From assembly GCA_012522705.1 (NCBI GenBank), contig JAAYJY010000176.1, positions 1 to 39,188 of the forward strand: a DNA stretch of 39,188 bases, read 5' to 3'. The stretch comes from Syntrophomonadaceae bacterium (GTDB lineage: Bacteria > Bacillota > Syntrophomonadia > Syntrophomonadales > Syntrophomonadaceae). Position numbers and translations under genes: made by a program. Each line of letters opens with the position of its first letter. Positions within the stretch are counted from its first letter, which is position 1. Positions 31,698-39,188 of this stretch are shown here, in pieces. The notes beneath the pieces are model-generated. The model ran no database searches, was not told the origin of the DNA, and was given only the letters and a program-made list of their open reading frames with translations.

Positions 31698-31776
31698 AAA
31701 ACAGACAGAGATCTCACGACAGTGAGGTTGTGAGGTCTCTAATTGTAAAAAGAAGGCTAAATGGCTACGTAAATAC

Positions 31777-31838
31777 GAAAGCCCGTTCAATCGGCGTACC
31801 TCATCATGTACGCCTCAATTACGGGCTTTCCTTTTGCC
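31777..31838. terminator. Nested hairpin between convergent hppA and the SIR2 gene
   Basis: GAAAGCCCGT (31777-31786) pairs with ACGGGCTTTC (31821-31830). An inner stem GGCGTAC/GTACGCC lies inside, and CTTTTGCC follows. A second hairpin, AGAGATCTCA/TGAGGTCTCT, sits at 31707-31740. Confidence 0.55.
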
Positions 31839-31929
31839 TTGCTCCAAGCCTTTCTCTATTCGATCTACTAAAGTTCAGAAATTATGTAATATTTAGATAC
31901 GATCTGATGGTGTTGAGATTTTAGTGCAC

Positions 31930-32742
31930 TCAAGGTTGCACCGCTTGCAGGAAACTGGCCAGTTTTTCACATCGGTCTAGTCCTTCATACCGTGATAGGT
32001 CGATGGTGTTTATGCCCATGCTTTCCAGAAGCACACTGGTCACATGACCTGGTTCGAAGAGCAGGATGTAGGAATCAGGAATATCCCTGGGGTCGACTTC
32101 GTACATCATACGCCGCAATTTGAACCAGAGGTAGCGGATGTTGAAATCAGAAAAACTATAACCGATAAATAAAAGACTTTTGCCCAGGCTGTCGGCCCGC
32201 AGTTTAATATCGATCGGGGTGACAAATTCCAGACGTTTGTAATAATCTGACTCGGTCAGAACCAGAGAATCATCCACTTCCAAAGAACCATGGAACTTCA
32301 CTATTTGAACCTCACTGCAGCCGGTGGTCTGAATAATGTCAGCAGTAGTCACTATTACTTTATAAGGCATAGCGAGTTCGGCAAAACTTCTCTCCAGCAA
32401 ACGGTCATAATTGGTGGTATAGATGATGGAGGCTCCCAACTGGGCCAAGAGCTGATGGGGTCGTGATAAAGCCACATCCTGGTCAGGCAGGCAAGAACGC
32501 AGTCTATTTAATACTGGTGTTGATGACCCGTCATGGATGATCTTTAGGTATTCAGTAAGATGCAACAGGTCTGTATCTGGAGGTATTGGTTCATCTGCAT
32601 CGAGGTTAAAGTGTTTTAGGAGTTTTTGAGTCAGCGCCAAGGTAGAAGGAAGTCCGGCGTTTTCAGAAAAACCGGCTCCAATAAAAGGGATAAGCTTATG
32701 ATTTTTGATCAATTGCCGCAATGCGATAGTATCGGACGTCAT
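31930..32742 (-). CDS. Stand-alone SIR2-family (SIR2_2-like) protein, putative NAD+-consuming effector
   Basis: ORF 31930..32805. The ATG at 32742 lies 6 nt after GGAGG and is preferred over the TTG at 32805, which falls inside a TTGACATTGACA promoter-like repeat. Motifs: LIPFIGAGFSENAGLPS, IIYTTNYDRLLE, VKFHGSL and LLFIGYSFSDFNIRY. Confidence 0.8.
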   Translation of the reverse strand: MTSDTIALRQLIKNHKLIPFIGAGFSENAGLPSTLALTQKLLKHFNLDADEPIPPDTDLLHLTEYLKIIHDGSSTPVLNRLRSCLPDQDVALSRPHQLLAQLGASIIYTTNYDRLLERSFAELAMPYKVIVTTADIIQTTGCSEVQIVKFHGSLEVDDSLVLTESDYYKRLEFVTPIDIKLRADSLGKSLLFIGYSFSDFNIRYLWFKLRRMMYEVDPRDIPDSYILLFEPGHVTSVLLESMGINTIDLSRYEGLDRCEKLASFLQAVQP

Positions 32743-32868
32743 GTCATACCTCCAGGGGCCATCTACACACTTCACGACATTGAGAATAAGAAATGTCAAT
32801 GTCAAGGGGACGGTTCTCTCGATACCTCCGTAGTTGCATGTATATTATGAGCACAGCAGTTTAGGCCC

Positions 32869-32913
32869 ATTTCTAGCGCAGCATTACCGTTCTTTCGAAA
32901 CGCAGCTAGAAAT
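32869..32913. other. Hairpin / inverted repeat ATTTCTAGC-27 nt-GCTAGAAAT
   Basis: 9-bp arms at 32869-32877 and 32905-32913. The loop contains a CGTT..AACG mini-stem and a TTCGAA palindrome. Confidence 0.4.
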
Positions 32914-32961
32914 CTAACCTGTCCGGAATTTAGACTTCACTGTGTTAAGAGTGACACTAAT

Positions 32962-32998
32962 GTCATCCTGAGCAAGCGAAGGATCTGCGAACGATGGG
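32962..32998 (+). repeat. Small hairpin repeat element, copy 2 (GTCATCCTGAGCAAGCGAAGGATCTGCGAACGATGGG)
   Basis: 5-bp stem ATCCT/AGGAT (32965-32969 with 32980-32984). It is related to the copy at 7540, with two compensatory base-pair swaps. Confidence 0.45.
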
Positions 32999-33329
32999 AA
33001 GCTATACAATCTAGGTGTGTGACCCCGCAAAACTTTGGATTTAGCTTGCACACAAAGGTTGCAATAAATACCCAGCCGATTGCAATGTAGCAGGGGTGGG
33101 GAGTTAGTAAATCGGACTGGTTCGTAAATTCCGGGGAAAGCGTAAACTCAAGAGTACTGTGGATATGATAGGGGACAATCAGGTAAATGTTCTTGATAAG
33201 GGTGAAGTGCTAAGCTATAGTGACAATATAATCACATCTGAAGTTTATTTGCATGGTATTGAAAACAAGGCCAGTTTGCGTTAGCATTTCCTAGCCGTTG
33301 CGTTTGAATATCGAATGGGGAGAATAAAT

Positions 33330-34079
33330 ATGGGATTGATCAATCCGCAAGCAGCGTCATTTTTAATAACTGGAGCTAAAGACACCGCTTGCATCTTTAT
33401 TCATGGATTTACCGCTTCACCTTCGTAGGTTTACCCAGTAGCCGGGATAGTCTTTGCAGAGACCGGAATAACGGTCAGCGGACCGTTGCTGCCCGGGCAT
33501 GGCTGTTCCCCGCAGGAGATGAATCAAACCAACTGGGAGGATTGGTATGGCCGAGTCGAACAGGAGATCAGGTATTTAAAGAAAGAACATCGTCGAGTTT
33601 ATATTACCGGCTTATCAATGGGAGCCCTGCTGGGTTTGCATGCCGCCAGTGAAACTAAAGATATCGACGGGCTCATCGTCATCAATACCCCTATCTACAC
33701 CACCTCCCCGCGTCTGATGAGCTTGGCGCCCCTGCTGCGCTATGTTAGGCCCTATTATCCTAAAAAAAGACAAGGTGATCTGATGGAACTGTCCCGACAG
33801 GGGCGGTTTGCTTACGATGTGATGCCGCTGAAAGCACTGCAAAGCATGCATGTCTTGCGGGATAAGGTGATCAAGGAACTGCCCGGTCTGGACTTACCGA
33901 TTTTACTAATGCAGTCACGTTGGGATGAGACCGTCGACCCCCGCAGCGCCCGCTTTATCAAGGAGAAAGCCCAGCGGGCGCCAGTTAGGTTGGTGGCACT
34001 TGAAAACTCCGGTCATTGCGCCACTATGGGGCCGGATACCGGTGTGATTGCCGATCAGATTATCGAATTTTTGAAATGA
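33330..34079 (+). CDS. est: Alpha/beta-hydrolase carboxylesterase (Est/YvaK-like), interrupted by in-frame TAG at 33426-33428
   Basis: The ATG at 33330 lies 7 nt after GGGGAG. The N-terminal 32 codons (CIFIHGFTASPS) are in frame with ORF 33486..34079. The nucleophile elbow is GLSMGA, and ENSGHCAT lies near the C-terminus. The position upstream of rnr matches Bacillus yvaK. Confidence 0.75.
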
Positions 34080-34141
34080 GTGGAAGAAACTATAAAGCAG
34101 GCAGTGTAGATACTGTAACATAAATAAGGAGGCACGCAACC

Positions 34142-34693
34142 TTGGACAGAGATGCCGCGTTGGATTTATTGAAACAAAACCTGCATAATGAGAACCTAAT
34201 CAATCATTCCCTGGCGGTGGAAGCCATTATGAGGGGATTGGCGGAGTACTTGGGCCAGGATGTGGAGAAATTTGGCCTGGCCGGACTTTTGCACGATATC
34301 GACTACGACCAGACCGGGGATGACTTCCATCGGCATTCTCTGGTAGCAGCCGAGATGCTGGAGAAAGAAGGATTAGCGGAGGACATTGTTTACGCGGTCA
34401 AGGTTCATAATGAGATCCATGGATTGGAACGGAAAAGCCTTCTGGATAAAACGCTATATGCCGCCGACCCGGTCAGTGGATTCATAACTGCGGCAGCCTT
34501 GGTGCGCCCCGATAAAAAGCTGGCTGAGGTGCAGATGAAATCCCTGCGCAAAAGATTCAAGGAAACCGCTTTTGCCCGGGGCGCCAGCCGGGAGCAGATG
34601 GACACTTGTGTGGACTTGGGCCTGGAAAGGGAAGAGTTTTTGAATATTGCCTTGGAGAGCATGAAGAAAATTTCCGCTCAGATCGGGCTGTGA
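34142..34693 (+). CDS. HD/HDIG-domain metal-dependent phosphohydrolase
   Basis: 183 aa. TTG start 9 nt after AAGGAGG. The H...HD signature is present (NHSLAVE ... GLLHDIDY). Confidence 0.8.
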   Translation: MDRDAALDLLKQNLHNENLINHSLAVEAIMRGLAEYLGQDVEKFGLAGLLHDIDYDQTGDDFHRHSLVAAEMLEKEGLAEDIVYAVKVHNEIHGLERKSLLDKTLYAADPVSGFITAAALVRPDKKLAEVQMKSLRKRFKETAFARGASREQMDTCVDLGLEREEFLNIALESMKKISAQIGL

Positions 34694-34781
34694 ACTAAAC
34701 TGGCCGTGGATTTGTAAGAACCCTGTAAATTGTGGGTATACTGTTAGAGTAATACCTACTGGAAATGGAAGGGGTGGGATA

Positions 34782-36890
34782 TTGCTTACCCGCGAGGATA
34801 TCCTCAACCATATGCAACAGGAAAGCTACCGGCCTTTGTCGTATCAGGAGCTGGCCAACACTTTTCATATCGAAGATATAGATCAGGTTAAGTTTGCCAA
34901 GATAATCGGCCGCCTGCAAAAAGACGGCGAAATCCTTAAGACCCGTAAGGATAAATACGGTTTACCGGAGAAGATGAACACCTACCGCGGCATGATAAAA
35001 CTCAGCCAGCGCGGCTACGGAATCTTCACCCCGGAGGATGCCGACCTGGGCGAGGTCTTTATTTATGGCCGTAATTTGAATGGAGCCATGCATGAAGACC
35101 GGGTTCTGGTCCGGATCAACCAGCGAGGCGGTGGTGACCAGCGCCCTGAAGGCGAAGTTATCCTGGCCGTAACCAGGGCTCACAAGGCACTGGTGGGCAC
35201 CTTTAGGAAATAGCGCCAGGCAGCCCAGGTTACCCAGGACGATTCCCGTCAAATCTATCCGATTTATGTAAAGGTCAATGACAAGAGCAAGGTGCGCAAT
35301 GGGGACAAGGTCCTGGTCAGAATCAGCACCTGGCCGGACAAGGACCGTTACCCGGATGGAGAGATCGTGGAGGTTTTCGGCAGGAAGGGGCAGCCGGGGG
35401 TGGACCTGCAGATCGTGATCAAAAAACATGCCCTGCGGGACCGTTTTCCAAACTCGGTGCTGGAAGAAGCCCGACGAGTGGCGCACCGGGGAGCAGAGAC
35501 CGATTTGGCTGGCAGGCGTGATCTGCGCGAGTTGCGGATGGTGACCATCGACGGGGAAGACGCCAAGGACCTGGATGATGCGGTTTCGATAGAGAGGAAA
35601 AGGGGCGGCTACCAGTTGGGGGTGCATATTGCCGATGTATCCCATTATGTGAAAGAAGACAGCAAGCTTGATAAAGAAGCCTGCGAGCGCGGCACCAGCG
35701 TATATCTGATTGACAAGGTTCTGCCCATGCTGCCAGCGGAACTGTCCAATGGTATCTGCAGCTTGAACGCAGGGGAGGATCGCTTGGCCATAAGTTGTAT
35801 CATGGACATCGATGGGTCCGGTAAGGTGCGCAAATATGAGATTGTCCCGTCGCTTATACATATCGATCAACGCATGACCTACACCACCGTCAACCTCATT
35901 CTGGAACAGAACGATGCGTGTGCCATCGCTGCTTACCAGCCCTTGATAGATGATTTCCGATTGATGAAGGAATTGGCCGACATACTCCGCAGCGAGAGGA
36001 TGAACCGGGGAGCTTTGGATTTCGACTTCCCCGAGCCTAAAGTAATAGTAAACGAGCAGGGATTTCCTTTAGAAATTAAAGTGCGGGAGAGCGGCGCGGG
36101 CGAAATGCTCATTGAAGATTTCATGATCAAAGCCAACGAAGTAGTAGCCGAACACCTGATTAAAAAGGAAGCTCCGGCACTTTACCGGGTACATGAAAAA
36201 CCGCAAGGCGACTCATTGCTGCGGCTGAACAATGTGCTGGGCGTATTCGGGCAGAAACTCCTTGAAAATCGGATCAATCCCAAGGAGTTCCAGAGGATCC
36301 TTAATGAGATCAAAGGCAGCCCCGGAGAAAAGACCATATCCCTGATGCTGCTGCGGTCGATGAAACATGCCCGCTACGCACCCCAGCCGTTAGGGCATTT
36401 TGGCCTGGCTTCCCAATATTATTGCCACTTCACCAGTCCCATTCGCCGATACCCGGACCTAGTCGTGCACCGGGCTCTGAAATTGCTGCTGGCCGGGGGA
36501 ATTAAGGGCTCGCGAAAAGTCCAGTTGGAAAAGAAAATGGGCTACTACAGCGAACGCTCCACTATCCAGGAGATCAAGGCCGAGGAAGCAGAGCGTGACT
36601 TGGTAGCCATCAAAAAATGCCAGTATATGCAGCAGTTTATTGGCGAGGAGTTCGATGCCACCATATCATCGGTGCTGTCCTTCGGGTTCTTTGTGGAACT
36701 GCCTAATACTGTTGAGGGTCTGGTTCACATATCCAGCATCCATGATGATTATTATCAGTTCAATGACCGCAACTTTACCTTGACCGGCAACTACAGCGGC
36801 AAGAAGTATGCTATTGGGGACCCGGTCCGGGTCCTGCTGGTCAAAGTAGACATAGATGACGTAAAGATCGATTTCGAACTGGTCTGCTAG
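34782..36890 (+). CDS. rnr: Ribonuclease R, interrupted by in-frame TAG at 35211-35213
   Basis: ORFs 34782..35213 and 35292..36890 are in the same frame. The protein has an N-terminal HTH/CSD region, an RNB domain (TIDGEDAKDLDDAVS, HFGLASQYYCHFTSPIRRYPDLVVHR) and a C-terminal S1 domain. Confidence 0.9.
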
Positions 36891-36984
36891 TGCGGGGATT
36901 TCATACCTTCACTGGTAACTGAACGCATTGACTGGCTGGAGCTCCCTCCTATATAATAAAGAAGCATTGTTCAGCCAACCTTGG

Positions 36985-37021
36985 CCCGGGCGCTAAACTT
37001 CCTGGTGCGAGGGTTTTTTTA
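36985..37021 (+). terminator. Possible terminator after rnr (imperfect GC hairpin plus T7 run)
   Basis: CCCGGGCGC ... GTGCGAGGG followed by TTTTTTT (37014-37020). The stem has internal mismatches. Confidence 0.4.
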
Positions 37022-37062
37022 TCGAAGCCACGGGTTATGTTCAAACTAATTGGAGAAAGCCG

Positions 37063-37536
37063 ATGAAGAAAAAGAAAGGCCTGCCGGCCGCAGTTGAGAA
37101 CCGGAAGGCCAGACACGAATATCATATAGAGGATACATATGAGGCCGGTCTGGTGCTGGTTGGCACCGAGGTCAAGTCCTTGCGGGCGGGCAAAGCCAAT
37201 CTCCAGGATGCCTATGCGGCCATCAAGGATGGAGAGGCGTGGGTTTACAACTTCCATATCAGTCCCTATGAACAGGGCAATCAGTTTAACCATGATCCCA
37301 AGCGGCCCAAGAAACTCCTCCTGCACAAGAGTGAGATAAGGCGCCTGCTATCCATGCAGAGAGAAAAAGGCTACACTTTGGTTCCTCTGAAGGTATACTT
37401 CAAACAGGGTAAGGCCAAGATGAACTTGGCGGTGGCGGTAGGCAAGAAACTGTATGACAAGCGCCAGGACATTGCCGAGCGGTCTGCCCGCCGGGACATA
37501 GAACGAGCCATCAAGGAAAAAGGGCGGGGCGAATAG
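37063..37536 (+). CDS. smpB: SsrA-binding protein
   Basis: 157 aa. Motifs: [24 protein letters not shown] and a basic C-terminal tail. Confidence 0.95.
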   Translation: MKKKKGLPAAVENRKARHEYHIEDTYEAGLVLVGTEVKSLRAGKANLQDAYAAIKDGEAWVYNFHISPYEQGNQFNHDPKRPKKLLLHKSEIRRLLSMQREKGYTLVPLKVYFKQGKAKMNLAVAVGKKLYDKRQDIAERSARRDIERAIKEKGRGE

Positions 37537-37585
37537 GCATCATTCACCTGATGCAGGATAAGCACCGATATGGTATACTATTACT

Positions 37586-37615
37586 GTTGGTAGATGTACA
37601 CCAACCGGTTCTTTT
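37586..37615 (+). terminator. Weak terminator after smpB
   Basis: GTTGGT-8 nt-ACCAAC followed by CGGTTCTTTT. Confidence 0.35.
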
Positions 37616-37657
37616 AAAATAATCCGTATTCGGCAGCCATTATGTACTCCTTAATAA

Positions 37658-38006
37658 GGGGGCGCAATGGTTTCGACGGGGGATAAGATGGGTTGAGAAG
37701 CGAGCCGAGTTGTCGCCAGCTCGTTAAAAAGGTGAAAAAACTACAACTGCCGAAGATAACTTCGCACTAGCGGCTTACGCCGCTCGTCCGGCCAGGTTTC
37801 CTAGCGGCCTGGTGCAGGGCGTCACTTAGTTAGGGTACCCTTTAGCCTTCTTTCTCGAGGGGCTTTATGGGGAAACCAATCGGGGATAGCTTAAGGAAGC
37901 CTGTTCGTGGGCGTCTGGATGGCGAAACTCAAATCACGAACTGCGCTCGGAGATGCTCTTCTGGTCTTTCTTTCGGACGGGGGTTCGACTCCCGCCGCCT
38001 CCACCA
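37658..38006 (+). ncRNA. ssrA: Transfer-messenger RNA (tmRNA)
   Basis: The 5' end is GGGGGCGCAATGGTTTCGACGGGG and the 3' end is GGACGGGGGTTCGACTCCCGCCGCCTCCACCA. The acceptor stem carries the G3:U pair. The internal tag frame GCC GAA GAT AAC TTC GCA CTA GCG GCT encodes AEDNFALAA (37749-37775). Confidence 0.93.
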
Positions 38007-38020
38007 TTATATTTTAGAAT

Positions 38021-38278
38021 TCACACCCCTGTAATTATCGTTTTTTTGCGGTGTTGCATGGGTTTTTGCTTGCCTTTGGCAAAATGTTGTTCCTTACAAG
38101 GTTCACCCACTTCGTTGAACAGTGGGCCCTGCTCAATCTTCGCCTTGTACTCGATCATTTTCCGTTCGACCTGGGCGTCGCTGCGACCTCGAAAAGGTAC
38201 GCGCTTTCCGTTGATGACCCGAATCGCTTCATGGAGACCGTCTGGCCTGACATAGTATTTGGGTTTTTTCTTGGCCAT
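38021..38278 (-). pseudogene. Truncated tyrosine-integrase gene (only the N-terminal arm-binding part, about 60 aa, remains)
   Basis: MAKKKPKYYVRPDGLHEAIRVINGKRVPFRGRSDAQVERKMIEYKAKIEQGPLFNEVGE resembles integrase N-termini of Firmicute phages and ICEs. The frame then runs into unrelated sequence abutting the tmRNA 3' end. No catalytic domain is present. Confidence 0.45.
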
Positions 38279-38280
38279 TA

Positions 38281-39117
38281 TTATTCACCTCTTTTCGTTA
38301 TTCGTTTAAAAGCCTTCTGATTCTTTTTCTCTAGTTTTTTAATACTGTCTTCTACCGGGAGATTCTCAGGCATGGTCCCACCCAACTCTTCAATAGTATC
38401 CCTGACTTTTCTTCCTACCTTGTAATGAGTTCTGTTAGCATTTTCTTTGCCTTGAATATTATCACGGCGAAGCTTCTCTTCTGTTTGTGTTGCGCGGAAA
38501 AGGTTGGCTGCGAGTTCTGTACTACCCATATGATCAAGAATATTTTGTGACTTTTTTAACTGTTTACGGCGATGAATATCTTTGGCCTCCAGTCCTCCGT
38601 AAAGGCCTTTATAGCCGTGATTCTGAAATATGGCAAAGTCCAATCCGGTATCTACCCCTGAATCTTTGGCTGCACTAGCAAGATATGTATTATGCTTCTT
38701 GAGTTCTTGCCTGAGCATTAACCGTTTATCATCTTCAGATGCCTGTTCGAATAACTCTTGTTTTCGCGTTTGGACAGCGAAATACGTTTGACCCATGGCC
38801 ACAATTTCTTTGGACGGATCAGCATTTTGTACAATTAAATAACATGCATAACGAGATAAATGATAATTTTCTATTGTTCTCTTTGCTTTGCTTCCGATAT
38901 CGACCAATTCGTTTATTTGCACGAAATGGTTTTCTATAATCTGCTGGCTGTTTTCGCACGCTTTCATAGCTTTTTTGATAACAGGTAAAAAATTTCTATA
39001 TTCAGCATATTCGAGGATTATCATTAAATCTCTAGCCGACCAGTATTCCATGTTTTGTTTAGTCACTTTTTTTATTTGTTCAAAGGGTGATTGGATCCCA
39101 ACTGGTTTGTCGGTCAT
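38281..39117 (-). CDS. dinD: DNA-damage-inducible protein D family protein
   Basis: 278 aa. It closely resembles my recollection of E. coli DinD (WSAR.L...YACYLIVQN.DP...GQTYFAVQTR.QEL, FAIFQNHGYKGLYGGL, LDHMGSTELAANLFRATQTEEKL, GRKVRDTIEELGGTMPE). The gene is strongly AT-rich. Confidence 0.8.
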   Translation of the reverse strand: MTDKPVGIQSPFEQIKKVTKQNMEYWSARDLMIILEYAEYRNFLPVIKKAMKACENSQQIIENHFVQINELVDIGSKAKRTIENYHLSRYACYLIVQNADPSKEIVAMGQTYFAVQTRKQELFEQASEDDKRLMLRQELKKHNTYLASAAKDSGVDTGLDFAIFQNHGYKGLYGGLEAKDIHRRKQLKKSQNILDHMGSTELAANLFRATQTEEKLRRDNIQGKENANRTHYKVGRKVRDTIEELGGTMPENLPVEDSIKKLEKKNQKAFKRITKRGE

Positions 39118-39188
39118 TATGAAGCCCCTTTCAAATTAAGTGAAAACCACAACTTTTGCTCAACCTCACCATCGGATCGGCCCCGGAA

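Noticed and set aside
31730-31924. 64-aa plus-strand ORF between hppA and the SIR2 gene
   Set aside because: It runs through the nested terminator hairpins. It has a non-ATG start, no RBS and no recognisable similarity.
32743-32805. Upstream TTG start (32805) for the SIR2 gene, as in the ORF track
   Set aside because: The TTG is part of a TTGACATTGACA promoter-like repeat and has no RBS. The ATG at 32742 has a perfect GGAGG 6 nt upstream and gives an N-terminus directly preceding the GAGFS NAD loop.
33034-33052. Possible sigma-54 promoter TGGATTTAGCTTGCA upstream of est
   Set aside because: The GG-to-GC spacing is one nucleotide shorter than the strictly conserved -24/-12 spacing of TGGCAC-N5-TTGC. 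Apart from the GG dinucleotide, the -24 box does not match GGCAC.
37953-38320. Plus-strand ORFs 37953..38255 and 38051..38320
   Set aside because: The first starts inside the tmRNA 3' end. Both are antisense to the integrase fragment and have no motifs or RBS.

Overview
This window looks like a chromosomal housekeeping segment from a moderately GC-rich Firmicute with Clostridia/Peptococcaceae-like gene order. Almost every gene is on the + strand. In order:
- a PDZ membrane protein and a double P-loop ATPase
- uvrB and uvrA
- a three-gene NuoE/NuoF/Fe-S-flavoprotein redox operon, then uvrC
- a DUF360 holin-like membrane protein, a DUF362 Fe-S protein and a PGI/PMI-type isomerase
- rapZ, whiA and rpoN
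- cggR-gap-pgk-tpiA-gpmI-eno, then secG
- a membrane H+-pyrophosphatase and a lone minus-strand SIR2-like gene
- a carboxylesterase, an HD-domain protein, rnr, smpB and ssrA (tmRNA)
- an AT-rich island remnant next to the tmRNA gene (truncated integrase plus dinD-like gene).

Main second-look items:
1. A stand-alone SIR2_2-type NADase-like gene is inserted into the conserved secG-est-rnr-smpB-ssrA block. It has a 587-bp structured non-coding region upstream and no fused sensor domain or partner gene.
2. Three independent in-frame TAG codons sit in otherwise intact conserved genes (the FdhA-like fusion protein, the esterase and RNase R).
3. pgk carries a homopolymer frameshift.
4. The tmRNA tag reading frame has TAC where the stop codon is expected.
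5. The redox operon wedged between uvrA and uvrC has an unusual [2Fe-2S]-GltD-FeS-degenerate-MopB fusion subunit.
6. Two copies of a small hairpin repeat show compensatory base-pair changes.

No CRISPR arrays, rRNA genes or tRNA genes were seen. All calls come from reading the sequence and ORF translations by eye, with no database search.
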